Under the pieces are notes generated by a model, which searched no databases, was not told the origin of the DNA, and was given only the letters and a program-made list of their open reading frames with translations. Below are positions 61,947 to 64,000 of a stretch of 64,000 nucleotides of DNA, in pieces. Both the position numbers and the translations under genes were made by a program. The stretch spans positions 22,754,001 to 22,818,000 of the forward strand of contig CP158635.1 in assembly GCA_050273025.1 (NCBI GenBank), given 5' to 3'. The number at the start of each line of letters is the position of its first letter. The stretch's first letter is position 1. This stretch comes from Cenococcum geophilum. Taxonomy: Eukaryota.

Positions 61947-64000
61947 ATAATAATAATTCATTGCTTAACGTCCGATTTGGATCCCTATTAAGCCTACGCG
62001 GACTACTCCTTATTTACATATAGGGAGAAAACTCTATTTAAGAAAAATAAGAAAACCCCATAATCCATCTCCCCGCCTTTTAGGACTCGCCTACTTAGCG
62101 CCTATAAGTCGCCTATAGTGCTCTACTACCTTACTATTTAACCTTTTTAGGAACCACTACTGCCGTAATAAGCCTACGGACGCGCTAGTATTACAAACTT
62201 TTACTCTACTACTGTAGAGTTACTAGGGGGCACCTACTACTCGCCCCCTTGCCTTCTATTACTATTTCCCTTATAACCTAAAACTAATTTAGCACATTTT
62301 AACTAATAAGCCACTAGGTAACCGCCTTAAGGCCTTTTTATATTAAGAGCAGTGTATTATAGTTCTCTATACTAGCTACTAAGAGCATTATTTCTTAATT
62401 GGTGCATAAGGGGCATAGCAGTATTACGTGTTTTAGTATCTATCTTAGCCAGCTATATTTATATCTTAGGCTACTTACTAGGACACCCACCCAGTAAAGC
62501 CAATCTTTTAGTCCTATTATTCCTATTCTTAAGAGTGTTACTATTATATTTTCTGCCTTTATTAGGCCTTCTTAAAGCCCTTAGGTATTTACCCCCTATA
62601 GCGTTAACTATACTATAGCTTAGGTTTATCTTGCCTAAATTAGCCTCTATACCTTTAACTCCTATTTACCTCTTTAGCGTTAGTCTAACCAGTATTGCAT
62701 TACGGTAGATAGTTTCCTAGCGTTCTTACGTATTCTACTTTAGCTCCTTTTTCTATCTTACTGTTATCTTTACTAACCTCTTACGCGTCTCCCTTCCTCC
62801 TCTATATAGGCCTGGGCCCTAAAGCAACACTATTATTCTTTTACTTTCTTTACCTATTTCTCTAATATCTCTTCCCTACTTTAGGGTTATTGGTTTGTTC
62901 TCCTATGGGGCACCCTAAGGTCCCTCTATAGTTTACTTAGGCGTGTCTTAATATACTTTATAACATTAGAGTTGCGTTTATTTTACGTCCTTTATATTGC
63001 AGCGGCTTTAATATATAACTATAGGGGGGGAATATTGGATTCCTTCTTAAGCAGTACTATGGCCGTTCGCTTATACCCGCCTATAATACTCTAAAGGTAG
63101 GCTATTTAGACCTTTTAAAGTGGTTTAAGGAGTAATTTTAGGGGGCTCTTCTTAGTTTCTTTAATGGCCCAAATACTAGATCTATATATTATGGTTAGCC
63201 AGACAACTGCTATATATAGTAGGTATAACCTCTAGAAGCATGGACCCTATATAGAATTAACAATCCTAGATAAAGCGATAAACTGTACTTAGCCTTTATA
63301 GGCCGCTTGCGCCGCATATACGCTCTACTAAAGCTTACTATCTACTTATACTTCTAGTACCCTTAGGCCCTAAACTGGTTAACCCCTAAAGCCTTAGATG
63401 CGAATTATATACTAAAGATCTATAGATTAGTTACGTTTTCTTATAAAATAGATTAGCTAGTATTTCTTTAGTAAGAATTAAACTCTATAACGTCTTGCCT
63501 ATTCTATATAAGTGTTATAAGCTTTCTCTAGTATTCTGCAATTCTTTATAGCTATTGGCCCGTATATAATTAGGTTTATATTGTTAACAAAGCCTATCCC
63601 TTAGGTCGCTTCTTTCTTAAAGGAGTTAAGTAGGTTGCTTATAAAGAAAAGGAAGAGTATAGGCGAGAGGGGTAATCCTTATAGTATTCCTGTTGCAACT
63701 GCAATAGGGGGGCTCTAGTATCCGCTAAAGACCAGTAATATTTCTTTCTGGCCTATAAACCCTTAGACAAATTATATAATCTATTCTAGGAAGCCCTTTA
63801 CCCTAAGGATATATAGGAGACGCTTATAGGGTATATTATTGTAGGCACCACTAATATCTAGGCTAAGTATTAATACTATAAAGTCCTTTCGCATCGCCTA
63901 TGTAGATTTAATGGTGGTAGCGAGTAGCGTAAGTGCTAATAGTGTTAAGCGGTTCTTTCTTGCCTCTATTTGGCTTTGTGGTAGTAGAGCGTATTCCTCT
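61947..64000 (-). mobile_element. LINE family A, 3' part running off the window
   Basis: Reverse-complement homolog of ~35920-40193 without the TIR insertion; TTA tail at ~61947. Confidence 0.92.

Overview
Filamentous-ascomycete (Pezizomycotina-type) DNA. A GC-balanced gene island (~8.4-20.5 kb) lies between AT-rich blocks of nested, RIP-mutated transposons. The island holds an intact intronless HET-domain gene, an intact 5-exon Zn2Cys6 transcription factor, and C2H2-finger and NmrA-like pseudogenes. The transposon blocks contain a complete Ngaro-type tyrosine-recombinase retrotransposon, two copies of a minisatellite-filled TA-flanked TIR element, Fot1- and Tigger-like pogo elements, hAT remnants, several GalEa-like Copia elements, five Tad1-like LINE insertions, a Helitron carrying a MYND-finger gene, a 446-bp TRIM and a MULE derivative. 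Most striking: a 3.44-kb TSD-flanked chimeric retroposon (42418-45857) begins exactly at G1 of an HDV-like ribozyme fold, followed by 1.9 kb of unknown sequence and a LINE 3' end. Also notable: a TRIM with a Tf1-like self-priming PBS, a probable non-AUG (AUU) N-terminal extension of the TF, and a palindromic module shared between Ngaro and Copia 3' regions. TE protein motifs were read by eye with RIP changes reverted; no database searches were run.
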